Assembly (NCBI GenBank): GCA_964187785.1
Contig: OZ076413.1
Span: forward strand, 51,028,001-51,092,000
Direction: 5' to 3'
Source: Amphiscolops sp. MND2022
Taxonomy: Eukaryota
Length of the DNA: 64,000 nt
Part shown: positions 39,080 to 51,800 of the stretch, piece by piece
Position numbering within the stretch: position 1 is the first letter of the stretch
Layout of the letters: the number at the start of each line of letters is the position of its first letter
Translations under genes and position numbers: made by a program
The notes under the pieces: model-generated
Seen by the model: only the letters and a program-made list of their open reading frames with translations
What the model was told of the DNA's origin: nothing
The model's database searches: none

Positions 39080-39439
39080 CTTCGAAGTTTTGCAGGTTTC
39101 ATCAAGGATCAGTTCTACTTTTGAATGTATCTAAAATGTTATCAATTTCACCTGAATGTCAGTGAGTGGACTTCATTCGCAATGTAAAAAACAATCTAGC
39201 GTCATATTCAGCGTGCTATTTGAAAAGTGGTGATTATATCAGATGAATAGTTGAAAAATCAAATTGTGAAAACAACGTGATCGTATCGTGTCGGCGACGA
39301 AGTGGGGAATCTTTTTGATTTCAATTTCAATAATGAAAACTGCATTGTAACTCTACAAGCTTTACCACCAGAATTTTACTGAAGTTTTTAGGTTCAATAA
39401 AATATGCAGCTTTTAAAATTTCCAGCTCCTCGACTAGGG
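39080..39439 (+). repeat. Dispersed repeat family C
   Basis: GAAGTTTTGCAGGTTTCA..AGCGTGCTATTTGAAAAG..CTCGACTAGGG. Confidence 0.72.
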
Positions 39440-39490
39440 ACTGTACGGTTTTTTTCGAACAATTTTTCATCTCGCCAAAAGCTCCCCTTG

Positions 39491-39572
39491 TGTCGACTTT
39501 CAACATATAATGATGTACAAAATTTTTCCCAGTGTTGACTTTCAACATATAATGATGTACAAAATTTTTCCA
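39491..39572 (+). repeat. 42-bp tandem duplication
   Basis: TGTYGACTTTCAACATATAATGATGTACAAAATTTTTCC occurs twice. Confidence 0.9.
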
Positions 39573-40472
39573 TGTAAAGAATTTTTCTGAGCCTCAAGGC
39601 GCCCGTTCGAATTTTGTTTGGCATTGGGTTGTATATTAAAATTTTGTGGGAACGATTTTAGCATTTGTCTAATGAGACAATGCGTTTTTGAGCGCCGACT
39701 TGAGACGTTTCCGTCTTGTTTTTCACAGCACCATTTTCTAATGAATCGACTCTGGTTTCTAGAATTCAACTGTTGAAACCTCTAATGTATTTCAATTCAC
39801 GTGATGTTTGCAAGGATGTGAGGTAAAACATCAGTTTTTAAATGAAACAAACAGTTGATTATCATAACGAGGTAAATTGTCGACTTCTAAAACTGTCCAA
39901 AAGACTCGATTTTGAACACAGGACAAAACAGCCATCTAGAGATTACATAAAAGAGAAATTGACAAAGAAAAAAGTAGCGTTCTTCATTTTTGTTCGAAAA
40001 CAATAGTTGTGATTAACATAAGCAAGTTTTATTAACTTGATTGGTTTGTTCTGAAATTTAATCATGTAAATGCATTCGAGACCAAAAAAATAGAAGGCAT
40101 AGTTCATTGAAATGAAATATACGATTTTATAAAATACTCAATGTGGCTTTTTTCATCAAATTGCTGTTATAAATTTGTAATTAGGACACTTGTTTAGGAG
40201 GTTATTAGCTTTGTTCAGTGCGCATTTGATGGTTCAAGCAATGAACGGCTATTTTGTTCAGTTTCAGAAATTGCTCATTTTTCTAGTTTGAAAACCGGTT
40301 TTTTAATCCATTTTCTTGGTTGGTGGTTTTATGCTAAACTTTCCAATGCTACAGGTGGTACCGAATTACATTAGTAAATGGGCTTCTTTTATGCTAACTT
40401 TCTGTCTCTTCAGCTTTTACAAGATCCCAGTTCAGATTGGGACATCAACGGTCGCAGTTTTGCTTTTCCCTA

Positions 40473-40934
40473 TTTTTCGTCGGCGGTTCTCTTAAGAAAA
40501 GAGTCGACTATAGTCATGGCTTTTCGTCAGTGTTTTTTTTCGATACAACTGAGGTGACCAAAATAGTTCTACCAACAGTTCTACAAAATTATAAGGTGCC
40601 AAAATGTACCTGTTGGCCCAAGGAACTGAACCAAAAAGGTTTTTCCTTTTTCTCCCCGCGTAACATACAATATACAATACCGGGCGAGACTAAAGGGTCC
40701 CCCTCTGAGTTTTGTTCGGCATTGTGAGACTTTCCGCAAAGGGCCCCCTTCAATTTTTTTGATGATTTGCGACAGAATAGATGAAAAATCTCAAAGCGTC
40801 CCCCCTGGCGCGCCAATTCGGTGCAACTTTTGGGCTTTTCGTGTACTGTAGAAGAGAATACTTTGACACTTTGAAGTCCTTTTGCTATTTTTGAACTTTA
40901 GATATGGCGCCGACATGGGCCGTTCCCTGCTTGT
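40473..40934 (+). mobile_element. Helentron-like element, family B
   Basis: TTTTTCGTCGGCG...GGCGCCGACATGGGCCGTTCCCTGCTTGT; inverted homolog of 27072-27440. Confidence 0.7.
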
Positions 40935-41173
40935 TATTTACTGTTTTGGCCAGTTTTGAAAAACTGCGGATAAATGAAAGTCAAGGAAATCGGGCCGATA
41001 ACGGATTGAGCGGAAGATTTGAAATTTGTTATGACGTCTTAACCGGTTTTTCTGTCTGAAAAGGAAATTGATGACTCGTCGCCTTGGTATTGCTTTTTAT
41101 TGACGAAATGGGTGAGAATTAAATTTTAATGAAATATTTATGTATGATTTGGACAAACGTTTCCCAAGGTATA

Positions 41174-41675
41174 ACAAGACGGGAACGTCTCAAGTCGGCG
41201 CTATATCTAAGTCTCAAAAAGCGCAAAACATTTTTTTGGAAAAAACTTGAAATTTTCGAAAAAAATTTTTCTTTCGGAAAATGTCGCGTAGTGCCGAAAA
41301 ATATAAAAGGGGGGACCCTTTTTGATTTATAAACACACATTCTGTTGCAAAATAACAAAAAACTCCAAGGGGGGACCCTTTGGGGACATTAAAAAAATTT
41401 CGAAAAAAAAGTCGCACAGTGCCGAAAAAAATTCAAAGGGGGGACCCTGTAGTTCCGTCCGGTTTTGTATCTTACGTTAAAAATTGAGTACACGAAAGGG
41501 GGGACCCTTTGCAGTAACTCAGATATGATTCCGCTTGCCGGTGCAGTACTTTTAGTAGTTCTGTAAAAAGTGTCCACTACGCATACATTCTGTGGTCTGA
41601 CGAAAAAAAAAAGAAAAAAAAACTTGCCACTGTAATAGTCGGGCTCATTTTCTTCTAAAATGCGCCGACTAAAAA
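41174..41675 (-). mobile_element. Helentron-like element, family B variant
   Basis: ACAAGACGGGAACGTCTCAAGTCGGCGC...GCGCCGACTAAAAA. The same variant 3' end occurs on + at ~39690-39720. Confidence 0.7.
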
Positions 41676-42369
41676 GATGGTTCGAAGAAAAAAAACGTGA
41701 ATCAAGTTTACTTTTACAACAATAGCGTGACGCATACTGGTTGTGCTGATCAAAATTTCCACTAGAGTTAATGTCGACAATTTTTGAATCAGTACTTTAC
41801 TAAAGAAACTGAAAAAATATTTTGAAATAAACTATTCACTTATTGAAGAATTAAATCCGTGAGAATAAAGTAAAACCTCTTGAATTTGGCGGGATTTTTA
41901 TCAAAAATTCCGGGCGGTGAAAGTTTCGATTAATTCAAAATTTATTGCGGTTTCGCAAATTGTTGAATTAGGGCCTGTTTACAGTAATTTTGGGTCATGT
42001 TATGTGAAAATCTATGAAAATTTCTCTTTTATCAGCAAATTTACGGCCAATTTCAAAGGCCAATCCTTTGCAATTACCAATTCTGCAACTTTTCAATCTT
42101 ATATGATCAGTTTTGGGACTGAAACGTGTAATTTTTGGATCCCGCATCCATAGTAATTGAATCTTGTTTTCAATCCTTTTAGATCAGAATTTTGCTTAAT
42201 TCAAATCTGAATTTGCAATTGTGAGAGCAGAATTCAATGTATTTTTCCCGACTTCGACTGATTTTTTTGAATCTTTCATGATCAATTCTGGTTCTGAAAC
42301 TTGTAGACCGTAAATTTTAGATCGTAATTCCATAATGCTGGTTATTTTCGGCTAATTTATTAGCTCATT

Positions 42370-42592
42370 TGCCAAGACATCTAAAGCTTTTATGATGGTT
42401 CTAAACGGGCATCTTGAAGCCTCTTGCATTTTCTTGCCTATTCTTGGTTTTTCTGGAAACACTTGATAAGAATCTTGAGATTTCTTGAATTTTTCGGCAC
42501 GATATTGCAAGATCTTGCAAATTCTTGAATTTCTTGGTAAGAATCTTGCTAAGACTCTTACGAAGAATTCCAAGAACGTCCAAGATCCTTAT
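42370..42592. repeat. CAAGA/TCTTG-rich EnSpm-like subterminal region interrupted by the Gypsy insertion (continues 48196-48230)
   Basis: CAAGATCTTG-type units as in 6598-7682. The pattern resumes after the LTR element as AAGAGTTCCAAGAG..TTTTACACTGGG. Confidence 0.55.
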
Positions 42593-42771
42593 TGTTGTAT
42601 CTTGTAGAGTTAGGAATAAAGAGTTGGAATGTAATACTGTATTAAGGCCTTTCGGTGAGTTTAAATGATATAGTATAAGCACTTACAGTCGGGGCAGGTA
42701 CTTTACATAATAGTAAGAATAGAGGTCATTATTACGTCATGTATATAATGACCTCTAAGCTCCATGTCACA
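42593..42771 (-). repeat. 3' LTR
   Basis: Direct repeat of 48017-48195; 13 substitutions and no indels by my manual alignment. Confidence 0.95.
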
Positions 42772-42781
42772 TTCTTCCCTC
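42772..42781 (-). other. Polypurine tract GAGGGAAGAA
   Basis: Immediately precedes the 3' LTR on the minus strand. Confidence 0.85.
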
Positions 42782-43689
42782 GTTGGATGCTACAATTACT
42801 CTTGCATAATCACAGTATAAATAAATTTTATTCTACATGTAACAAAATAACATAAATAGCATCAATCAATGTCTCTAGATTTTCAGTGTTCGTTTCACTG
42901 ATGTATTTCCGCCGGTGAGTTGGATGCTTTTTCTTCTGTCTCCTTTCCCCGTGCTTTTTTCATCTTCTTCTCTGTTGCTTTGGGTTCAACCCCACGACTG
43001 GCTAAGATCACGGTTTATCTTCTGAATGGTATTTCCTGTAAACATTGTTACTGGGTTACCTAGTCTTAATAATGGATTAGTGGATTTTATTCTGGTGGAT
43101 ATTCTAGTTTGACGTTCCTTATTTTCGATTTCTGTTTGTTTGGTTTTCATATTAGAATGGTTATTACCGTTGTTGTCGATTATGGTGGTATTGTTTGCGT
43201 CTTCTGCAATTGTTTCTAGAGCTTGTTCCAGCTGTTCCTCTGTCATCCTCTTCACGTGTTATTTCAGATTGTTCTTTCCAGGGGTGTTTGCGGACCGGTC
43301 TCGGAACAATTTGGGTCGGCCTCGACCGATTTGAATTGGGTAGCTGAACTCGAAACTGGCTTCCATGGTTTCTGTCGATAAATTTCGCGTTGGAGTACTT
43401 TGCCTACGTTCTGCGCTTTCCATTTGTTCTTCCTCCTCCTCCTCCTCTTCTTCTTCTTCTTCTTCTTCTTCGGTAATTGTGTTTTTTGATAGGAAGGTTG
43501 TCTGTTGAGTGAATCGCCCGTCCGGTCCCCTTGCGTTCTTTTCTCGTCTTGATAAGGGGTTCTGAAATGGGTTCGGTAATGGCCCATTGATTAGTTTATG
43601 ATGTTTTATTTTGTTGGTATCCGTAGTTACTGAGTGTTTTGTACCAGCAACTGCTGTTTGTGATATTGTTTCGCCTTTGCGTTCAAGTT

Positions 43690-46600
43690 TGTTATTGTTT
43701 TTTCTTTTCTAAGAATTTGTATGAGAAATTATTACTAACGTCACACTTCAGTCTGCGGAGTGTTTTCATCACCAGCTGGCCATAGTCCCCGTCTTTGCTT
43801 GCAAAGGAGTACATTTGGAGTGTTTCTGGTTTGGCTGAAATAACGTTCGATGGTACGCTAAGGTAGCATATTAGTTCCGTTCGTGGTATCCGGCAGTAGT
43901 ATCTCTCGAACGGTGTTTCCTTTATTTTCGAATGGACCGTTGTCCGCATTACTGTTAGTGACCGTTATAGGGCTTCATTTAAGCGGCAGTTATCAGCTAA
44001 GTTTCTTATCATCAAATTTTTTAGTATTTTGATTCCTCGTTCGACTAGACCGGTAGCTGTGTGTTTATACGGTGTTCCGTTTTTTGATTTTATGTTAAGG
44101 TCCTTACACGTTGTTCTAAAATCTTTTCCAGTGAACACCGTCCCCTTGTCCGTTTTAATTGTTTGGGGTATTCCGTTTAAAATGAAATACTGTTTTAGAA
44201 ACGTTGTTGCTGTTTTTGCCGTAGAGGTTTTGCAAATACATGCAGCCGGCCATATACTATAGCGGTCTATGGAATTTAGTATGAAAAATCGACGTTGTTT
44301 GAATCTTATTGCTCCGATGAAATCCAATTGGATTTCTTTATTTGGCTTTTCTGCCGGTGGTAAGTATTTTTAATCTGACATCGCTATTTGTGTTTTATAC
44401 TCTTACATGCCATTTTGCATAGGATGCATTCGTCGCATTTTGATTGTATCTCCTTCGTTAGTTTTGGCCATCAGAACGGTTTTGCGGCTGCTGACATCTT
44501 GTTAGTGGCCGGATGTCCTTTATGTAGTAGCGTTATCACCGTTCGTCGTAAGGCATGTGGGGTTACAATTTTGTCATCGTAGAAAACGATGCCAACAAAT
44601 CTTGTACATAAATGTTTGTGGTGTTCCTTGTATTCATCTGGCTCTTTTTCCGGTGTTTGTCGCGCTAAGGAAACTAAGCAAAGTGTTTTCTGTAGCTTCT
44701 CATCGTTTGTGGTTTTCCCCGTTTGTGTTTTTAAATCTGTCACAAACTTTTGCTCTACTTAGCGTACTGTTTCCTCAAAGTCCCATTTTGGATCATCTTG
44801 AACATTACTGGCTTGTCCCATGTTGATGTATCGAACACCGGTTGCTCCCAAACAACGTTTGAAATTGATTGCCGGTACTGCGATTGTGTTATCGGAATCG
44901 GATGAGATTGTTTCAGTCTCGACGAACCCCGGTGTTACCATTTCAAAGCTGTCTTCCTCCCGTTGCATTTGTCTGGTTTGGGTAGGTTTCTTAATTCATT
45001 TAATACCCTGTGTAATTCTCTCTTCGATTTGCTCTGTTGTCTCTTTGTTTACAGTGTTTTCCATTCTTTGCCACAGCAACCTGTATCTTTTTTTTCCCAG
45101 AGTTCCACTCCTATCTTCTTTGTTCGGCTTTTGACGTTATTGGGGGGTTGTATCGCTTCCATTGTCCCTGCGTGTATCTTTAGTTTCCCGGTTTCGATAT
45201 TTCTCTTTATCGGTTCGTCAGCGCTAACGTTTCTTCTCAAAGATCTTCTTGTTCAATGTTTTAATGTCCATTTTTTTGTTTTTGAAATGATAATTTGAGT
45301 GATAAGAATTTGTGTTCAAAACGCGTACTGAATTTTGAGCTGGTAGCAACGAACTGTGGTTGTTTCGTTCGTTGTCACTCGTTTGTAACTTCTGCACGAG
45401 TCTCGCTTCTGATTGGTTGTTTGCGTAGTGAGAATTTGCTGGTTGGTCCGTTCGCGTCATTGATTTTCTTTCATCGGTGTTGCTGCCGTAATTGTTGATG
45501 AACTCCAATGAGGGTGTTACGTAATTGATTAGGTATTTTTGGTCGTAACTCTCAATTGGTTCCGGACGCGCTATTGAATTTCTGCTCGAATAGTCCGTCA
45601 AACTGAGATGCTTGCCTTCAACGTGCTTTGTTTGTATATCAAAAAAGGCTAGTCTATTCAGTCATCTTGTTAGTCTCGCACTGTATATTTTATTCGACCT
45701 GTTTCGTTTACTTAATAGTTCAAACGCTTGATGATCAGTTAATATTTCGAGCGGTTTACAGTAAATGTATAGGCGAAAATGTTCCAGTCCCCACACTACT
45801 GCTAATAGTTCCAGCTCGTTTATGGCGTGCTTTTTTTGGTATCCGATAAAAATTTGCTTGCGAATCCGATCGGTTTTGAATTTCCGTCTTTTTGTTTTTG
45901 CCAAAGTGTTGCTACCATTCTCTTTCTGCTTGGATGGGTGGTTAGGATATTGCCGTTTTTGAATTGTATTGTGCTAAACACGGTAATTGTGTTATCCGGC
46001 TCTTTAAATCGTTGAATGCTTTTGTATGTTCATCTGTCCATATCCACTCGTTTTGTTTTTTTAAAGTAGTTTCTGTATTATATCGGTTTGTGCTGATAAG
46101 TTTCGATATATTTCGATAGATATTGTATCGTCCCCAGGAAAAATTTTAATTCTTTCTCGTTTTTTATTATGTTCATTTTTTTTATTGCTTCCTTTTTATC
46201 TTGTCGTGGTCTGATTCTGTTTTGGTCAATTTTGTGTCCCACACATTCAGCTTCTTTTTGGAAAAACTTGCTCTTTTTGGGGTGTAATCTATAGCCTGCT
46301 TCTTCTAGTTTCTTCATTGTTTCTTTTACTTCCGTTTCGTGTTCTTCTATGTTTCCTTTGGTTACGATAGTTATATAGTCTAGCCACGCGGGGTGTTTGA
46401 ATACTTGTGTTTTGTCTATCCGTCCTTGGAAGATTGTTGGTATATCGGCCAGTCCGTAAAATTTTTCAAGAAACGGTAGTACCCCGTGATCTCTCCTCCT
46501 GTAACGATGAAAACGCATAGGTTGCTTGTTTTCTCGTCCAGTTTAATTTGGGCGTACGCGTAATCGAAATTCAATTTTGTTATCCAGATCTCACTTTCTT

Positions 46601-47900
46601 TCCCTTTGGACATTTTGCGTGATATTCTTTAAATTAATTCTTCCATGTTCGGCATTTGGGCTTTTCTTTTGATAGTTGCTTCGTTTAATTTTCTTGAATC
46701 CAGGGCAGTTTTTACTGATTCATCTTTCTGTACTGTTATTACTGCTGGGCTTTCGAAGCAATCCTCGGTTATCTCGGTTGCTCATTCTAAGTAACTGTTC
46801 TTTATCAGTCTTTCTAGTTCTTCCGCTACTTGATCTTGTAGGTGAATTGGTATCGGTCGTCCCTTTTGCTGTATGATGTTCGCGGTCTTCTTCAGATTTA
46901 TTTTCACTACCAGATCTTTATTTCATTGTTATCATAGAACAAATCTTTGAATTCGTTCTCCAGTTTGAAAACTTTTTTTTCAGGTTCATCCAGTCTGATA
47001 TTATGGATTTTAATTTCTTCAGTGTTGGCGCTGATTGTTATTTGTAGCCGTTTCATACAATCCGGTCCCATTAGCGGTGTTATGTTTTCTTTTCTAATTA
47101 ATAGCGGCAGTTGAAGTGTGGTTTTATTTGTTTTCACTGTTGCTGTTGTCTGTCCGACGATTTCAATTTTGCTATCGTTGACATCTTTGTAGTTGGTATT
47201 CATTTTCTCCACGTTTGTTATGCTGTTGAATAGGTGTTCTGGTACCAATGTTACTGGTGATCCGCTGTCAATTATGAAATTTATTGGTGCGGTGTTCACC
47301 AGAAATGGTACGTAGATGTAATGGCTCTCTTAATGTTGCTAATGTTTTGGATTTTATCGTAGTCCCAACTATCTTCTTCTGCTGACTTTCGTCTACGTGT
47401 TGAATTCTTCTTTGTAGAGGGCACATTTTCTCATAGTGTCCCGTCTTTTTTGCAGGTTCTACAATCGACCGTTCTTGCTGGACATACATGTTGTCTGGTC
47501 CAGTTTGATGCCCCGCATGGTCCGCAACTGTTTTCTTCATATTTTCTCGTTGGTACTCTGGTCTTTTATGTTGCCAATAACTGGGCTTTTCTGACCTTTT
47601 TCTTTTCTGCGGTCTTCCTTGCACGTGTTTAACATCTCTCCCGTCTTTTGAACTATTGGAATCATTTAGACGGTCTTATATATATATAGGTTGTCAAATT
47701 CGCAATTTTCTCTGTTTGCAATATTCTTGTCCATAGGCTCTCTGCTGTTTCGTTCGGTTCCCGGGTGATACCGAAAAAATCAGCTCTGCTATGAAATTTG
47801 TTTCGCTCCGGTATGAAATGGAGCCTAAACAGTTAGTTTATACTCATTTTATTTGGGTCGTTATCTCGGACTGTTTTGGTCATATCCGTTACCGCAGCTT
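43690..47900 (-). pseudogene. gag-pol, multiply frameshifted
   Basis: Double zinc knuckle CGPCGA..HVCPA..CRTCKK..GHYEKMC (~47420-47530); protease FIIDSGSPVT (46907-47299); RT LNFDYAYAQI, FYGLADIPTIFQ, AWLDYI; RNase H ELELLAVVWGLEHFRLY..TDHQA; integrase DFIG..DRYS..TDKG..ERGI. Confidence 0.9.
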
Positions 47901-48006
47901 CGCACAGTGCCCAGATAAAAATGTCTTTATCTTCATCTCTAGTTCTTTCCTATCCTGGGCAAAATTTCTTTGTCATTTGTTATTATGGTCAGGTCTTTAT
48001 CATTGT

Positions 48007-48016
48007 GACTGCTCCA
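48007..48016 (-). other. Primer-binding site TGGAGCAGTC (tRNA-Ser-like)
   Basis: Directly follows the 5' LTR and starts TGG. It is one mismatch from TGGCGCAGTC, the complement of an invertebrate tRNA-Ser 3' end; the tRNA identity is inferred. Confidence 0.6.
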
Positions 48017-48195
48017 TGTTGTATCTTGTAGAGTTATGAATAAAGAGTTGGAATGTAATACAGTATTTAGGCCTTTCGGTGAGTTTAAATGATATAGTAT
48101 AGGCACTTACAGTATGAGCAGGTACTATACATAATAGTAAGAATAGAGTTCATGATTACGTTAAGTATATAATGACCTCTAAGCTCCATGCCACA
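48017..48195 (-). repeat. 5' LTR
   Basis: Direct repeat of 42593-42771. Confidence 0.95.
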
Positions 48196-48813
48196 CTTAT
48201 ATTAAGAGTTCCAAGAGCTTTTACACTGGGTTGGCTCTCTACAAGGGCATTTCACAGAACGTATTTTGTCCAATTGTTTTGGTTTCCTTCAATTGTTGGA
48301 AACGCTGTTTGCTCACAATCAAAGCCTATTCTCTAAATCAATACTCAGCAACGCAAGAATCATAGAACTACTCTAATGAGATAGGACCTGTAGGCACTTG
48401 AAAAAACTTGTGCAAGGTTACAAACTAATTTGTCTTCAATTTTTTTTCTCTCACATTTGGATGTTTTCAAAGGTTATGAATAGGGAAAAATATTTTCTTG
48501 TCTCTAGGGTGCTTCGTTCTTGTATGTTTTGGCACTGCAAGAATGATAAGTTTTTCTGCAATTTCCCTTGAGTATATTTGAAAAAATTTGCTGTTTTTGA
48601 GCCTTATGCGCGTAGAAGACTTGGGTTGTCGTCGACTTGTTTTAAAAATACTCCGACTAAAAACAATTCGCTGTCTTAGTGGATTTCGTTCTCTGTGCTG
48701 AAAAGCAGTCGACATTGAATTGGCTACAAAACAATATGTTGGAATTGTATGCAATAAGATTTTATAGGGGAATATATTTCTTGGGAGTAAAATTATTGCG
48801 AATTAAATAACAT

Positions 48814-51800
48814 GAATGAATGAATAATTAATTCACTTTTGTTACCCCGAGGGGTGTACAAAACTCAAATTATCAATTTTACAGCGGACACGGTCGGTGA
48901 CCAATTTACAATACATACTGAGGTGCGTTAATCTTACGGTGCTCGTCAAGTTCATCAGTTGGTCAAGTTTCAGTAGACTGGGGTTATGTTGGTAGCACTT
49001 GCTTAGGTATTTTGCACGTAAGTCTTTTAACTCAGTACAGACAAGTAAAAAATGGTACTCATCAGCATTCACCTGATTATTACAAAGTGGGCAATGCGCC
49101 TCTTTTACCCCTGTAAATTTTTCCCTGACGTCTGTTATAATCAGTGCAGCACATCGAAATCTACTCAATTCAATTCTGTCTTTTGTCCTCAAGGTAAAAA
49201 CATATGGCTCGATTCGATATTTGTACTTATATGAAGCGTACAATCTGCAGAGTGAGTGGTTTTTCACTGATGTGTTCCACTGTTGTATTGACACATCCTG
49301 TAGCTTGTTCTTGGTGTAATCTTTAAAATGAGCTTCATTAACATTTTCGATAAAGTGATAAGCACCGGGAATTCCGCATTCTATCAGTATTGTTTGAACA
49401 CAAGACAACCATTTGTCTGAGGGGAAAATTTTTCGTAAGTGCTTGTACATAAGGCACGAGAGTTTGTTTTTGTCGTCGCTCAACCTTTTCCAGAAACCTA
49501 GAATTCGAAGCCAAATTTTATACTTTATTTCATTTCTACCTAATTCTCCATAAATCATAGCATTTGGAGTACTATTCCTAACGTTTAAAAGCGTTCGCAA
49601 AAAATTCCGATGGAAACTTTCAATCTGTTCATAAGGTTCATGTCCCCACACTTCGCAACCATAGGTTAGGATCGGTAAAACAATTGAGTCAAACAAGTGT
49701 AGTTTTGTCTGTATTGCGAGTTCATGTCCACTTGTTTCGGCTCTCAATTTGAACAACGCCTTCTTTGCTTTGTCAACGTTGTTTTTTATCGTTAGTTGAA
49801 AGGTGTTATTGTACTTGAAAATCACTCCTAAATAGCAAAAACTGTCAACTCTTTCAATTGGGCTGTTGTTTATAAACATCACTGTCGATTTACGAACCTT
49901 TCCCCTGGAGAAGATCATATATTTTGTCTTGGAGCAATTTATTCGAATATTAAAATTACTGCAATATTGACATGCAGCATTTAAAGCTTTTTGCATGTCA
50001 TTTTCGCTTTCTGTCAAAATAATGGTATCATCAGCATACAGAAGTGCAAAGATTTTCTCCTCGTCAACATCCAGGTGGCTCTTCATTGAGTTCGATAGAA
50101 AGGTCAATCCGTTACAATGATTTTGCAAGTATGATTTAAAGTCATTTACAAAAATTGTGAACAATAGTGGTGATAAATTATCACCCTGCCTAACACCAAC
50201 CTCACATTTGAAAAAACTAGAATAACAGTTGCCCACTTTGACACATGCTTTTGTTTTTGAGTAAAGACTACGTATGACATTGAAAACATTTCCATTGATA
50301 TTATGATCCTGTAACTTCTTCCAAAGAATAGCTCGATCAACTAAATCGAATGCTTTTTCATAATCGAGAAAGGTGGCGTACACTCGTTTTCCATTTGCCA
50401 AATACGAAGATAGAATTTTAGTCAGAGCGAAAGTATGGTCCTCGCATCCGTGTCCTTTTCTGAAGCCAGCCTGTTCCGAACCAATTCTGTTTGTTAAATC
50501 TAAGTAGTGTTTGATTCTGGTACTTATAATTGATGAGAAAACTTTTCCGATGCAATTAATCAACGAAATTCCCCGATAATTATTAGGGTCGGTCATTGGT
50601 CCCTTCTTATGAATTGGACAAATAGTTGACAGAGCCCAATCATCAGGGACAATTCCTGTCTTTAAAACTAGGTTGAAAAAACTATTAAGTACTTCGACAA
50701 GGTTCCCAGGAACATATTTCAGAAATTCCGGGTAAATATTATCTTGACCAGCTGATTTCCCGCATTTAAGAATTTGCAGAGATTCCCGCACCTCTTCACA
50801 ACTAAAATTTTTATTCAATTCAACATTGATGTCCCCTTCGGTGGACTCTACATCATCAATACAAAAGCTCGATGGTAGCAAATGCAAATGTTGAAAGTGT
50901 TCAAAGAGACTTTTCACATCTAATTTGGGGAGGGAACTTTTACATTTCAAACTCCCTATTACCGACCAGTATTCTTTAGAGTTTTTCGATCGTAGTCTCA
51001 ATAGTTTTTTATTGAAATTTTTCAAGAACGTTTTCTTTTTCAGGAGTATAAAGTTTTTGTAACTTCTGAGCGCTGCTTTTTTTGAGTTATGCTTCGCGAG
51101 TTCCTACACATACTTCTGTATTGAGTCCTTTTTACATGACATTCCATGTCGAACCATTGGTTTTTTCTAGGCAATCGACGTGGGGTACGTAAAACATTCG
51201 ATAATTCTGCGGATTCAACAAGTATACGTCTCAATTCTCGATCAATTTCATTGATTTCAGACAACGTTGCATTTTTATTTCTTAGCAAATTACAAATGTT
51301 ACTAAGGTCTTGATTTTCCAGTGACCTTAAAAAACTGGCCTTCAACACATCATTCCAGAATTTTCTCGTTCCACCGATACATTCATTGTTTTTATTAACT
51401 TCCACCTCTATAGCTCTCAAAACTTCAACTTTTAGACCGCAGTGGACGTCTGATAGACTTGGATCAAACTGTTTTATTTCAAAATTTAACAATTTATCAA
51501 TCAACGAATTGTCAGCTATTATATAATCTACCACACTCTTTCCGTTGTAATTGTTACAAGTAAAGTTACCAACACCTCTATCCTTACCACTTCGCCCGTT
51601 CAGTATCATCATATCAGTTGTTTTACATACGTCAATCAATGACCGTCCATTTGTATTTACTTTAGAGTCTTTGTTTGTTCGTTCAGATGGCTGACGATCT
51701 TCGCCATCTATGTCTATATAATCTTGCATGGTGCCAGTTCTTGCATTAAAATCCCCCATTACAACCATTTCACTGTCTTCTGTTTTTATTCGTCCTATAT

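Larger units (their letters stand above)
42593..48195 (-). mobile_element. Full-length decayed Ty3/Gypsy LTR retrotransposon (Mag-like)
   Basis: Two 179-bp TG..CA LTRs, TSD CTTAT (42588-42592, 48196-48200), PBS and PPT, and domain order gag-PR-RT-RH-IN. Confidence 0.95.

Noticed and set aside
4396..42150. Numerous 60-130 aa ORFs
   Set aside because: They are low-complexity F/K/L-rich translations of repeats, mostly with non-ATG starts and no recognisable domains.
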